Below are positions 52,887 through 62,378 of a DNA stretch of 64,000 nucleotides, piece by piece. Positions within the stretch are counted from its first letter, which is position 1; every line of letters starts with the position of its first letter. Origin of the DNA: an uncultured Chloroflexia bacterium (GTDB lineage: Bacteria; Chloroflexota; Limnocylindria; Limnocylindrales; CSP1-4). The stretch is taken from contig CAVVJT010000002.1 of assembly GCA_963748625.1 (NCBI GenBank), forward strand, positions 96,001 to 160,000, in the 5' to 3' direction. The notes under the pieces are model-generated. The model ran no database searches. It had not been told where the DNA came from and was given only the letters and a program-made list of their open reading frames with translations. A program made the translations under genes and the position numbers.

Positions 52887-54784
52887 GCCTTCACCTCCTC
52901 GTCAGCAGCGCCGGCGACGCCCATGATGGCGTGGGGCCGGGCACCGGGGATGCCGTAGCCGTAGGGGGACCCGACCACGATGGGCGTGGACGGGAAGTTC
53001 TCCACCGGCGGCGGCGAGGGGATGAGCCACTCGAGGGTGCGGGCGCGCCACGGGTTGGCCGTCGCACGCTCCGTCTTCTTGGAGAGCAGCGAGCGCAGGA
53101 CGTTGAACGTGAACACGAGGAACGACGCGCCCAGGGCGAACGCCATCAGCGAGATGAAGACGTTGTACGGCACCAGGTCCGCCGGGTAGACGTAGATGCG
53201 GCGGTTCATGCCGTTCAGGCCCACCCAGAACATCGGCAGGAATGTCAGGTTGAAGAAGATCATCGCCATCCAGAAGTGGACCTTGCCCAGCTTCTCGCTG
53301 AGCATGCGTCCGGTCATCTTCGGCCACCAGAAGTAGAAGGCCGCGAAGAGCGCGAAGATCTCACCGCCGATGATCGTGTAGTGGAAGTGCGCCACGACGA
53401 AGTAGGTGTCGTGGAGGGAGATGTCGGTTGGCACGTCGGCGAGGAAGATGCCGGTGATGCCGCCGATCACGAAGTTGAACACGAAGCCCAGCGCGAACAG
53501 CATCGGCGTGCGCAGCCACAGCTTCCCGCCCCAGATCGTGCCCAAGGCGGACAGGAAGATGATGCCCGTGGGGATCGAGATGAGCTCGGTGGTCACCAGG
53601 AACGGGCCCAGCAGAGCGTTGGGCATGCCCGACACGAACATGTGGTGTGCCCACACGATGCCCGACATGCCCACGATGCCGATGAACGCGGCCACCACCC
53701 AGCGGTAGGCATACAGCGGCTTGCGGCTGAAGTGCGCGAGCACCTCGAGCGCCATGCCGAAGCCCGGCAGCACGAAGATGTAGACGGCCGGGTGGCTGTA
53801 GAACCAGAACATGTGCTGGTAGAGGACCGGGGCGCCGCCGCTGCCCTGGAAGAACGAGGTCCCGAACAGCCGGTCCAGCAGGACCATCACCAGGCTCGCG
53901 GCGAAGAACTGGGTGAAGAACAGGGCGAGCCAGCTGGCTGCGAACACCGACCACACGAAGATCGGCAGGCGGCCCCAGGTCATGCCCGGCGCGCGCATCT
54001 TGATGATCGTGACGAGGAAGTTGAGGCCGCCCGCGATCGAGGTCAGGCCGAACACGATGATCGCGAGGTTGAAGATGACCTGGCCGGACGCGTTGATGAC
54101 CGACAGTGGCGCGTAGGCCGTCCAGCCGGAGTCCCAGCCGCCCAGGAGCTGGGTGGCGAGGAGGCTGACGATGACCACCGGGATCAGCCAGAACGTGAAC
54201 GCGTTCAGGCGCGGGAACGCCATGTCCTTGGCGCCGATCATGATCGGCACGAAGTAGTTGCCGAAGGAGCCCATGACCGAGGCCACCGCGACCGCGACCA
54301 TCGCGATGCCGTGGAAGCTCATGGTCCGGTTGTACGTGTCGGCGTCCATGAGCGGGTTGGCGGGATCCATCAGCTGGAGGCGCATGAGCATCGCGCCGGC
54401 GCCTGCGACGAGCAGCAGGACGATGAAGGCGGCGAGGTACTGCAGGCCGATGACCTTGTGGTCCACGCAGAAGGTGAGGTACCGGCGCCAGTCGGTGGGG
54501 ACCTCCTTGACGGGCAGGCCCACCCACTCGCGGCCCCAGGTCTTCCACATGCCCACGCCGAACAGCCAGCCGGGGACGGCGAGGATGTAGCCGGCGGTGA
54601 CGCAGTGGTCGGTGGACCAGGGCTCCACGCCCATCGAGGCGCGGAGGGCCATCACCAGCCCGGCGCCGATCACGAAGCCGATCGTGGCCATGAGGATGCC
54701 CTTGAGGATCGGCACGAAGGCCGAGATCACCGAGGGCTTCTTGGAGGCCGCGGAGACGTTGGCCGCGGCGACGGATGCGGTCAT
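52883..54784 (-). CDS. ctaD: Heme-copper oxygen reductase subunit I, A2 type
   Basis: DHKVIG, SFHG, DMAFPRLN, WFYSHPAVY, WAHHMF, VVAHFHY, GMNRR. Confidence 0.96.
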   Translation of the reverse strand: MTASVAAANVSAASKKPSVISAFVPILKGILMATIGFVIGAGLVMALRASMGVEPWSTDHCVTAGYILAVPGWLFGVGMWKTWGREWVGLPVKEVPTDWRRYLTFCVDHKVIGLQYLAAFIVLLLVAGAGAMLMRLQLMDPANPLMDADTYNRTMSFHGIAMVAVAVASVMGSFGNYFVPIMIGAKDMAFPRLNAFTFWLIPVVIVSLLATQLLGGWDSGWTAYAPLSVINASGQVIFNLAIIVFGLTSIAGGLNFLVTIIKMRAPGMTWGRLPIFVWSVFAASWLALFFTQFFAASLVMVLLDRLFGTSFFQGSGGAPVLYQHMFWFYSHPAVYIFVLPGFGMALEVLAHFSRKPLYAYRWVVAAFIGIVGMSGIVWAHHMFVSGMPNALLGPFLVTTELISIPTGIIFLSALGTIWGGKLWLRTPMLFALGFVFNFVIGGITGIFLADVPTDISLHDTYFVVAHFHYTIIGGEIFALFAAFYFWWPKMTGRMLSEKLGKVHFWMAMIFFNLTFLPMFWVGLNGMNRRIYVYPADLVPYNVFISLMAFALGASFLVFTFNVLRSLLSKKTERATANPWRARTLEWLIPSPPPVENFPSTPIVVGSPYGYGIPGARPHAIMGVAGAADEEVKA

Positions 54785-54786
54785 CG

Positions 54787-55839
54787 TCACTTCACCTCGA
54801 GGGTGCCGGTCATGGTGGTCGGGTGCGCCTGGCACAGGAAGTTGTAGGTGCCGGCGGGCAGTGGATCGATGTTGAGGACCTGCTCGATGGCGCCTGGCTG
54901 GAAGTCGGTGGCGCCCAGCGGCTTGCCGTCGGCGCCGAGGACCGCGATGTTGTGGATCACGCCCTCGTCGTTGTTGCTGAACGTGATCGAGATGGGCTGG
55001 GCGGGCACGGCGCTCAGGGTGTTCGGATTGAACTTGAAGTCCACGGTGCCGGCCGGGTTGTTCGCCTCGATCGCGAGCAGCTGGGCACCCTCGACGGGCC
55101 CGCCACCGCCGCCGCCGGTCTTGTTCTCCTCGACCCAGGCGGTGAACTCAGCCTCCTCCACGACGCGCACCGGGACCATCATCCGCGCGTGCTCGCCGCC
55201 GCACAGCTGCGAGCACTGCAGGCGGAAGTTCGCGTCGCCCTCGTAGGAGCCCGTCTCGGTGGGCGTCATCGACATGTAGGTGGTGAGGCCGGGGACGGCG
55301 TCCCAGCGCATGCGGAAGGCGGGGACCCACACGGAGTGGACCACGTCCGACGAGGTGATCTCGAAGCCCACGGACTTGCCCACCGGCAGCACGAGCTCGG
55401 TGCTGCTCTTGGCGCTCTGGCCGGGATAGGTGATGGTCCAGCCCCAGCGGAACCCGTTGACCTGCACGACGACGTCGGGCTGTTCCACGAGGGCCACGAC
55501 CTTCGGCAGCTCCGTGAGGCCGGGGTAGACCATGACGCCCACGGCCATCAGCGAGGTCACGATGAACCAGGCGAGCGGGATCGGGCCGCGACCGGTGATC
55601 GGCGCACCATCCTCGGCCGGCTGGCCCCGGTGGCGGAAGGCGAAGACGGAGTACCCCAGGCCTGCGATCACGAACGTGAACACGGGCACCGACATGATCA
55701 GGAGGATCTTGAACGTCTCATCGATCATCTCGCCCTTGTCGGTCGCGACGACGGGCTGGAACGGGACGTTGGCCAGGACCAGGCCGATGGCGGTGAGGAC
55801 CAGCCAAAGCAGGCCCACGATCAAGATGTGGCGCCTCAC
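54787..55839 (-). CDS. ctaC: Heme-copper oxidase subunit II (CuA) fused to a C-terminal type-1 blue-copper domain
   Basis: DVVHS...CSQLCGGEHARM CuA site, Gly6 linker, then HN...CQAHPTTM; GGAGGAGG RBS. Confidence 0.93.
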   Translation of the reverse strand: MRRHILIVGLLWLVLTAIGLVLANVPFQPVVATDKGEMIDETFKILLIMSVPVFTFVIAGLGYSVFAFRHRGQPAEDGAPITGRGPIPLAWFIVTSLMAVGVMVYPGLTELPKVVALVEQPDVVVQVNGFRWGWTITYPGQSAKSSTELVLPVGKSVGFEITSSDVVHSVWVPAFRMRWDAVPGLTTYMSMTPTETGSYEGDANFRLQCSQLCGGEHARMMVPVRVVEEAEFTAWVEENKTGGGGGGPVEGAQLLAIEANNPAGTVDFKFNPNTLSAVPAQPISITFSNNDEGVIHNIAVLGADGKPLGATDFQPGAIEQVLNIDPLPAGTYNFLCQAHPTTMTGTLEVK

Positions 55840-55982
55840 GGACGCGCGACCTCCTCCTGGATGCGTGGGTGAGTGGGGGACAGGGACGCGACGGGCGGCG
55901 CCAGCAGGCTGCGACACCGCACAGGGAGGGGAGTATGGGAACGGATGTGCCTTTCGGCACGTCCAGTTGGCCTAGCCATTCT

Positions 55983-55996
55983 GGGACCTTTGGCCC
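55983..55996. promoter_or_regulatory. DosR/DevR-like palindromic box GGGACCTTTGGCCC upstream of the oxidase operon
   Basis: GGGAC-N4-GGCCC resembles the GGGAC-N4-GTCCC core of the DosR box. Confidence 0.35.
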
Positions 55997-56153
55997 CCAA
56001 GTGCGAGCACTAATGTAGCAGGAGGCCGATTTGCAACCCGGCCGCACCCTTCTGGCGCGCCCGACGCAACACATGGGGCAGTCCGAATCGCCTGCAACGC
56101 TTGCGCGCCGGACCGCCCAGCGCCGGACGCCTGGGCCGTGGAATGATCCAGCC

Positions 56154-57014
56154 ATGCCCGACATGACCGCGCAGACCAACACGCTGATCGCCTGGTTCCA
56201 GGCGAACGCGCTGGGACTCCTGCTCATCGGGGTGCTGGCGCTGGTCGCCTTCCGCGGTCTCCGGCCGTGGCTCCACCGCCTTCTCGTGCGGGTCATGCAC
56301 GCCCAGGCGCGGTCGCTTGACGGCGAGGCGGCCTCGAAGGTCGAGGTGGACCGCCGGGTGACCACGATCGAGGACCTGCTGCTCAAGGTGTTCAGGACCC
56401 TCGTGGTCATCGGGATCGTGGCCGTGCTCCTCGGCATCTTCGACCTGTGGTCCGCGCTCACGGGCCTGGGCCTCGTCCTGGCGGCCCTCACGCTGGCCGG
56501 GCAGAGCATCATCCTCGACTACCTGATGGGCATCCTGATCCTGGTGGAGGGCCAGTACTTCAACGGCGACGTGGTCCAGATCGGGACGGTCGAGGGGACC
56601 GTCGAGGAGGTCGGGCTGCGCCGGACGGTGGTGCGTGACGTGCGCGGCACGCTGCACTCGATCTCCAACGGGACGATCCGCCAGTCCGCCAACCTCACCC
56701 GCACGTTCGCGCTGGTCGTGGTGGAGATCGACGGGGTGGCGGACCGGGACGTGGAGACCGTGATCGACGTGCTCAACGAGGTCGGCGCCGACATCGCCGC
56801 GGATCCCGAGTTCACGGACCGGTTCCTCGACACGCCGGCGTACGCCGGGACCACACGCCTCTCCTCGGCCGGGGCCACGCTGCGCCTGTCCGGGCGGGTC
56901 CGGCCTGAGGGTCGTGCCCACATCGAGCAGGAGATCAGGCGCCGGGTGGCGGCTGCGCTTGCGGCGCGCGGCGTGGAGCTGATCCGGCCGGGCGCCCAGT
57001 ACCCGCGGGCCTGA
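56154..57014 (+). CDS. mscS: Small-conductance mechanosensitive channel (MscS family)
   Basis: AGQSIILDYLMG, GQYFNGD, GTVEEVGLRRT, ISNGTI. Confidence 0.9.
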   Translation: MPDMTAQTNTLIAWFQANALGLLLIGVLALVAFRGLRPWLHRLLVRVMHAQARSLDGEAASKVEVDRRVTTIEDLLLKVFRTLVVIGIVAVLLGIFDLWSALTGLGLVLAALTLAGQSIILDYLMGILILVEGQYFNGDVVQIGTVEGTVEEVGLRRTVVRDVRGTLHSISNGTIRQSANLTRTFALVVVEIDGVADRDVETVIDVLNEVGADIAADPEFTDRFLDTPAYAGTTRLSSAGATLRLSGRVRPEGRAHIEQEIRRRVAAALAARGVELIRPGAQYPRA

Positions 57015-57077
57015 CCGGCGCCCGAGGTTCCCTGGGCCCACCTCCGCTCCCGAGCCTGGCTTCCCGCTGAGCGGGCC

Positions 57078-57191
57078 CTGCGTGCAGGATTCCGCACGCT
57101 CTGACCGCCCAACGGGACGAAGTGGCCTCCGGGATGCAGGATCGACGGGATCCTGCCGCTGAGCGCGAGGTCCGTGCAGAACTCTACGCAG
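57078..57191. repeat. REP-like hairpin cluster between convergent genes
   Basis: GCGTGC-aggattcc-GCACGC at 57080, an 8-bp hairpin GCAGGATC/GATCCTGC near 57136, and a degenerate copy at 57174-57189. Core shared (15/16) with 7755-7770. Confidence 0.55.
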
Positions 57192-57254
57192 AGCGCCCGC
57201 GGGGCGGGATGTTCGGTCTCGGCCTTGGCCGCGGCCCCGCCGGCCCGCCCACGG

Positions 57255-59072
57255 TCAGTGGCGGGAGGTCGACCAGAGCTCGCGCACGTTGTCACGCAGG
57301 ATCAGGATGCCCACGATCAGCAGCACCAGCGCGATCGACCAGGACACGTAGTCCTTGATCACGATCACCGCGCCCACGATGGCCAGCACGATCGTCACCT
57401 GCAGCAGCAGCTGGAGGAACCGGCGCCGGACGACGGCCTCGATGACCGAGTAGGCGACGATCACGACCAGGAGGCCGATCCACCAGTGGCCGACGTCGGT
57501 GATGAGCAGCCCGCCCATGATGGCCAGGGCCAGGGCGACGCTGACGGCAGACCAGATGTCGAGCACGCGGCTGCGCCGGATCGTCGCCGGATCCTGCGGG
57601 TGGACGACGTGGCGGAGATGGGCCTCCGGGTCACCCTGCTCTCCGGCCGCGAGCGATGTCAGCTGCGCCTCGCAGTCAGCGATGGCCGCGCGGATCCCGT
57701 CGATGCCCATGCGCGTCGTGCGCAGCTCGGCGATGGCGGCCTCGCGCTGGGTCACAAGCGCCGCAACGTAGGCTGGGGAGCGGCCTGCACGCTCGGCGGC
57801 GGTCACACGGACGCCGAGGCGCTGCGCGTCGATGGCCTGCCGCTCGAGGCCGCCCTCGATCTCCGCCAGGCCGAGCCGCAGGTCGGCCAGCTCTGCCTCG
57901 ATCGTCTCCACGGCTCTACCCGGCGGCGGCGTCGTGTCGAGGCCCGCGAAGGCGATCGGGTCGATCCAGGACTGGCGCGGCCTGCCGTCGCGCGCGAACT
58001 TCGGTCCTGCCGGCGCCCGCTCACCCGCCATCCGGTCGTTCGTGTCGAGCCCGAACAGGCCGTCGTACGCGGCCACCCACGGCGTGTCGTCGTCGATCAG
58101 CACCGGGGTCCACGGCTGAGGCTGCGCGGGCCCCACAGTCACGCCGTCGCCTCGGGCGTAATCCACGAACGGGATCGCGGCGAACTGGCCGCCCGACCCG
58201 CCGCTGCCCTGGCCGAGCGTCTCGGTCCAGAACCCGTTGACGGCCTTGCCGAAGGCGCGCACGCGCTTGGGCAGCGAGAGCGGGACCGGGAGCAGGTACT
58301 CGCCTGGCTCGATGTACGCCGCGTGCGAGCCGGCCCCGGCAAAGATCACCGGGTGGGTCCCGTCCACGAGATGCACCACCGGATCGTCCCAGCGGCGGCG
58401 CAGGTCCGCCCCCACCTCGTCGTGGGCGGCCCGTGCGAACCAGACCGGGGTTGTCGTCCCGTCCTCGTCCTCCTCGAGGAACACGAAGCACTGCTCCCAG
58501 TCTGCCTCGTGGTCGTTGGCGCCCGCGAACGACGAGCGCCAGTCGTTCATCGCGTAGAAGAACAGGTAGTGGCAGATCGTCCAGCCGGCGTTGCGGACGA
58601 CGCGGCCGTGGTAGACGAAGTGCGGATCCCGCGCGCGGGCCGCGTGGTACTTGATGTCGGCTGCCGCGACGGTGCCGCCCGGGACGGTACCGCGCACCAG
58701 GAGGGAGAGGTCGAAGCCGGCGTCGATCAGCCGGGCGGCGATGCCCACCCGTGACAGGCGGCTCGGAGCGCTGAACCGTGTCCGGGTCGGGCGGTCCTTG
58801 CGCTGGGCCAGCGCGACGCCGGACAGGGGCTGCTGCACGTACCGCAGGAAGAGGGCACGGTCCGGGTAGCGGCGCCGCCAGCCGGGCAGGTCCTGGAGGG
58901 CGAGGTTGCCTTGCGGAACCACCAGGGTCCGCCGGCCGCCGGAATCAACCGCCCAGAGGTCGCAGTCGGCAACGTAGGCCGCGGCATCCATGGGGAAGAA
59001 GAACTCGCCCTTGGTGAACTTGATCACAGGCTCGAAGCGACGCAGGAGCTCGAGGTCGCCGTCGGCCGTCAT
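57255..59072 (-). CDS. Hypothetical protein: Vps62/NPP1-like domain, coiled coil and C-terminal TM helices
   Basis: LLRRFEP...FFP, YLFFYAMND...HEADWE, AGSHAAY, APAGPK. Confidence 0.7.
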   Translation of the reverse strand: MTADGDLELLRRFEPVIKFTKGEFFFPMDAAAYVADCDLWAVDSGGRRTLVVPQGNLALQDLPGWRRRYPDRALFLRYVQQPLSGVALAQRKDRPTRTRFSAPSRLSRVGIAARLIDAGFDLSLLVRGTVPGGTVAAADIKYHAARARDPHFVYHGRVVRNAGWTICHYLFFYAMNDWRSSFAGANDHEADWEQCFVFLEEDEDGTTTPVWFARAAHDEVGADLRRRWDDPVVHLVDGTHPVIFAGAGSHAAYIEPGEYLLPVPLSLPKRVRAFGKAVNGFWTETLGQGSGGSGGQFAAIPFVDYARGDGVTVGPAQPQPWTPVLIDDDTPWVAAYDGLFGLDTNDRMAGERAPAGPKFARDGRPRQSWIDPIAFAGLDTTPPPGRAVETIEAELADLRLGLAEIEGGLERQAIDAQRLGVRVTAAERAGRSPAYVAALVTQREAAIAELRTTRMGIDGIRAAIADCEAQLTSLAAGEQGDPEAHLRHVVHPQDPATIRRSRVLDIWSAVSVALALAIMGGLLITDVGHWWIGLLVVIVAYSVIEAVVRRRFLQLLLQVTIVLAIVGAVIVIKDYVSWSIALVLLIVGILILRDNVRELWSTSRH

Positions 59073-59542
59073 GCCCGCTCCTCCAGCTCGGCGGCCACGT
59101 CGTCGGCCGGGTGCCCGATCCCGAACGCGGTGCGGACCTGGCGCTGGTTGAGATAGAGGACGGTGATCACGCTGGTGAGCATCAACACGGGCACCAGGTC
59201 GCCCTGGGTCACGTACAGGAAGATCTGGGAGGACAGGGACAGCCCGGTGACGAGCATGGTCATCGTCCAGCCCAACTGCTTCATCCGCAGCAGGAGGATC
59301 GCCGCGGCGAAGGCGACCACCGTGAGCACGGCGAGCATCGCGATGACGGTGGCCGTGATGACCATGTCGCCCTGGATGGCCTGGATGCTGTCGAGCTGCA
59401 TCGACTCGATGACCGCGCCGGAGATCCCGAGCAGGAACAGCAGGGTCGCGAGATAGCCGATCCCGCTGAGGATCTCGATCGCGGCGAGGATCGTCACGGG
59501 CGCTGGGCGGCGGCGTCTCGCGGGCCGGCCGGCGGCCGTCAT
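59069..59542 (-). CDS. Four-TM membrane protein
   Basis: RRPAPVTILA start, hydrophobic segments, LYLNQRQVRTAF end; overlaps the downstream gene. Confidence 0.78.
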   Translation of the reverse strand: MTAAGRPARRRRPAPVTILAAIEILSGIGYLATLLFLLGISGAVIESMQLDSIQAIQGDMVITATVIAMLAVLTVVAFAAAILLLRMKQLGWTMTMLVTGLSLSSQIFLYVTQGDLVPVLMLTSVITVLYLNQRQVRTAFGIGHPADDVAAELEERA

Positions 59543-59593
59543 GGCCGCCGCGGGGCGGCTCGGATCGTCAGGGAGCTGCATGGACGGTGGTGG

Positions 59594-60595
59594 CTACGCC
59601 TTTCCGGCCTTGCTGGACTTGGATTTGGACTTGGTCGAGCCCTTGCCCGACTTGGACGAGCCCTTCCCCTTGTCCCTGGGCTCGGCCGGCGCAGGCTCAC
59701 CGCCCTCGGCCACGAGGCCGGCACGGGCAGCCTGGAGGGCCGCCTTGTCCTCGTCGGAGACATCGGGGAACTGCGGATCCAGCCGGATCAGCGCGTCGGC
59801 GATGACCGCCCCGGCGGCGACCCGCGCGAACCACTTGCTGTCGGCCGGGATCACATACCACGGTGCCGCCTTCGTGCTCGTGTGGCTGAGCACTTCGCTG
59901 AAGGCCGCCTGGTAGTCGTCCCAGTAGCCCCGCTCCTTGACGTCGCCCGCGGCGAACTTCCAGTTCTTCTCGGGCTCGTCGATCCTGCTGAGGAACCGCT
60001 CGCGCTGCTCCTCCTTCGAGACGTTGAGGAAGATCTTGACGATGGAGAAGCCCTGGTCGACGAGGTACGCCTCCCAGTTGTTGATGTGCCTGAAGCGGCG
60101 GCTCCAGACATCCTTGCCCTTGAGCCTGGGTGGGATCTTCTGGCCGTCGAGGATCGCGGGGTGGACGCGGACGACCAGCGTCTCCTCGTAGTAGGACCGG
60201 TTGAAGATGCCGATGTTGCCCCGCTCCGGCAGGCGCTTGGCGTAGCGCCACAGGAAGTCGTGGTCCATCTCCTCGGTGGACGGCACCTTGAAGCTGCTGA
60301 CCTGCACGCCCTGCGGGTTGACGCCGCTCATCACGTGGCGGATCGTGCCGTCCTTGCCTGCCGCATCCATCGCCTGGATCACCACCAGCAGGCCCGCGGT
60401 GTTCTGGGCGTACAGGCGCTCCTGGTAGTCCGCCAGCAGCTCGATGCCGCGCTCGAGGACGTCGTCGGCGTCATCCTTCTTCAGTTCGTGGGTGAACGCC
60501 GGGTCGAAGTCACCGGGCAGGACAACCTTGCGGCCCGGATCAACCCGGAACGGCTCGATGAAGTCGGCGATGCGCTTCGGGTCGGGCTTCGGCAT
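59594..60595 (-). CDS. ppk2: Polyphosphate kinase 2 family protein
   Basis: QAMDAAGKDG Walker A, FKVPS, HDFLWR, FNRSYYE, APWYVIPAD. Confidence 0.95.
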   Translation of the reverse strand: MPKPDPKRIADFIEPFRVDPGRKVVLPGDFDPAFTHELKKDDADDVLERGIELLADYQERLYAQNTAGLLVVIQAMDAAGKDGTIRHVMSGVNPQGVQVSSFKVPSTEEMDHDFLWRYAKRLPERGNIGIFNRSYYEETLVVRVHPAILDGQKIPPRLKGKDVWSRRFRHINNWEAYLVDQGFSIVKIFLNVSKEEQRERFLSRIDEPEKNWKFAAGDVKERGYWDDYQAAFSEVLSHTSTKAAPWYVIPADSKWFARVAAGAVIADALIRLDPQFPDVSDEDKAALQAARAGLVAEGGEPAPAEPRDKGKGSSKSGKGSTKSKSKSSKAGKA

Positions 60596-60693
60596 GGGAT
60601 CCCCTCTCGCATGGCTGCGTGGTGGGGGCCATGATTGCACCCGCATGCATGATGGGTGAAAGGATTCGGCAGGTGCCGGACACTACGACCGCG

Positions 60694-61254
60694 ATGACCC
60701 ACCCCGACGCGGACGCGAGCGCGCGCTTCGAACGACTGTACGCGGAGGCGCGCGACCCGCTCGTGCGCTACCTCGCGCGCCGCGCGGAACCGGCTTCGGT
60801 GGAGGACCTGTTCGCCGAGACGATGGTCCTCGCCTGGCGCCGTCTGGACGCCATTCCAGAGGGCGTCGAGATCCCGTGGCTGTACGGGACGGCGCGGCGG
60901 GTGCTCGCGAACCACCGGCGGGCCAGGGGCCGGTTCGGCCGCCTGCTCGAGCGGGTGGCCCTGTTCAGCCACGACACCGATGCCGCGATTGCGCTGCCGC
61001 CCAGCACTGACCCGGACCTTGCCGATGCCCTCGCCGCGCTCCCCGCAACCGACGCCGAGATCCTGCGGCTGTGGGCGTGGGAGGAGCTGGCACCCTCGGA
61101 GATGGCCGTGGTCCTGGCGATCACGCCGAACGCCGCCTCGATCCGGCTGCACCGGGCGAAGGCGCGCCTTCGGGAACGGCTGGAGGCCGGGGGCCGAAAG
61201 ACCACGCTGCCTGCCGGACATGTACCGGGCGTAGAGCGGAAGGAGGCTCGGTGA
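60694..61254 (+). CDS. ECF sigma-70 factor
   Basis: EDLFAETMVLAWRR, WLYGTARRVLAN, LWAWEEL, IRLHRAKARL. Confidence 0.9.
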   Translation: MTHPDADASARFERLYAEARDPLVRYLARRAEPASVEDLFAETMVLAWRRLDAIPEGVEIPWLYGTARRVLANHRRARGRFGRLLERVALFSHDTDAAIALPPSTDPDLADALAALPATDAEILRLWAWEELAPSEMAVVLAITPNAASIRLHRAKARLRERLEAGGRKTTLPAGHVPGVERKEAR

Positions 61255-62348
61255 TGGACGATCGACTGCAGCGACGGCTCCGGGACGCGGATCCGCTCAC
61301 CGTCGGCGATGGGCAGCTGCCCGCTCCGGCGCGACTCGACGCGATCAAGGAGCAGCTGATGCTCAGCGAGACACAGGGTGCGGGCCGGGTGCCCGGAACG
61401 CCCGAGGCACCCGGCACACCGGGGACACCCGCACCCCGTCGGCACGTCATGCGCCCGCGGGCGATCGGGATCACCGCCCTCGCGGCCTCTGGCCTGGCCG
61501 CGGTGCTGGTGGCGGGGACGCTCTTGCAGCCCACCGGATCGGCGCTTGCCTGGGATCCCAGCCCCACGGCGGCCACGCCGGCCCAGGAGGCCGCGGCGAA
61601 GGCCGCCTGCGCGATCCCGGAGATGGTGCCGCCGGCCGGTGAGGCGGGGACGGTCGAGGGCGGCCAGGTCACCGTGGGCGGCCCGTCCGTGACCCTGCCC
61701 GACGGTGCGCAGGGTGGTGCCGTCGGCGTCACCGGCGGCGCCCAGGTCCCGGGGGGCGTGATCACCGAGTCCACGGGTGGGGTCATGCCTCCGCCGTTCC
61801 CGACGGAGCTGCCGCCGCTCGTCTATCTCGAGCTCCACGGCACCGGTGCCGTCGCGATCCTCGCGGACGAGGACACCACGGCGTACTGCCTGCTCGTCAA
61901 GCGCGACGACGGGTTCGAGCTGGCCGGCCTTCACATGCCGCTCGGGGATGGCGGCTCCGCCGGCGTCGGCGTCATCGGAGCGATCGGTGTCGCCGGCGGC
62001 GTCGATGGCGCGAGCGCGGGCCCGACCATGTCGGGCATGACGCTGGCCGGCGAGGGCGACTTCCAGGTCATGGCGATGGCCACCGACTACGGGAACGCGA
62101 AGGTCGGGATCATGGCCGGAAGCGCACCGGAGGGCGCCGCCAAGGTCATCGTCAAGGGCGGCGCGGCCGACGGCGCAACGGCGAGCGTCACCGATGGCCG
62201 GTTCGCGCTCTGGGCGCCCAGGGCGCTCGACACCGAGACCACGATCGTGGCGCTCGACGCCTCAGGTGCGGAGATCGGCAGCGTGAAGATCAGCGGGGCG
62301 CCACCCGAGGGGGCCCCGGTGATGATCGAGCTCGAGCCGGAGCCGTAG
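61254..62348 (+). CDS. Putative anti-sigma factor (N-terminal cytoplasmic part, TM, extracytoplasmic domain)
   Basis: Coupled to the sigma stop with AAGGAGG RBS; LRDADP start; single TM. Confidence 0.7.
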   Translation: MDDRLQRRLRDADPLTVGDGQLPAPARLDAIKEQLMLSETQGAGRVPGTPEAPGTPGTPAPRRHVMRPRAIGITALAASGLAAVLVAGTLLQPTGSALAWDPSPTAATPAQEAAAKAACAIPEMVPPAGEAGTVEGGQVTVGGPSVTLPDGAQGGAVGVTGGAQVPGGVITESTGGVMPPPFPTELPPLVYLELHGTGAVAILADEDTTAYCLLVKRDDGFELAGLHMPLGDGGSAGVGVIGAIGVAGGVDGASAGPTMSGMTLAGEGDFQVMAMATDYGNAKVGIMAGSAPEGAAKVIVKGGAADGATASVTDGRFALWAPRALDTETTIVALDASGAEIGSVKISGAPPEGAPVMIELEPEP

Positions 62349-62378
62349 CGGATCGTCTGCGAACCAGCCCGGGAATCG

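Noticed and set aside
52883-54784. Nitric oxide reductase assignment prompted by the helix VIII Glu
   Set aside because: The active-site Tyr (HPAVY), D channel, CuA subunit II and subunit III are all present, so an O2 reductase is more likely.
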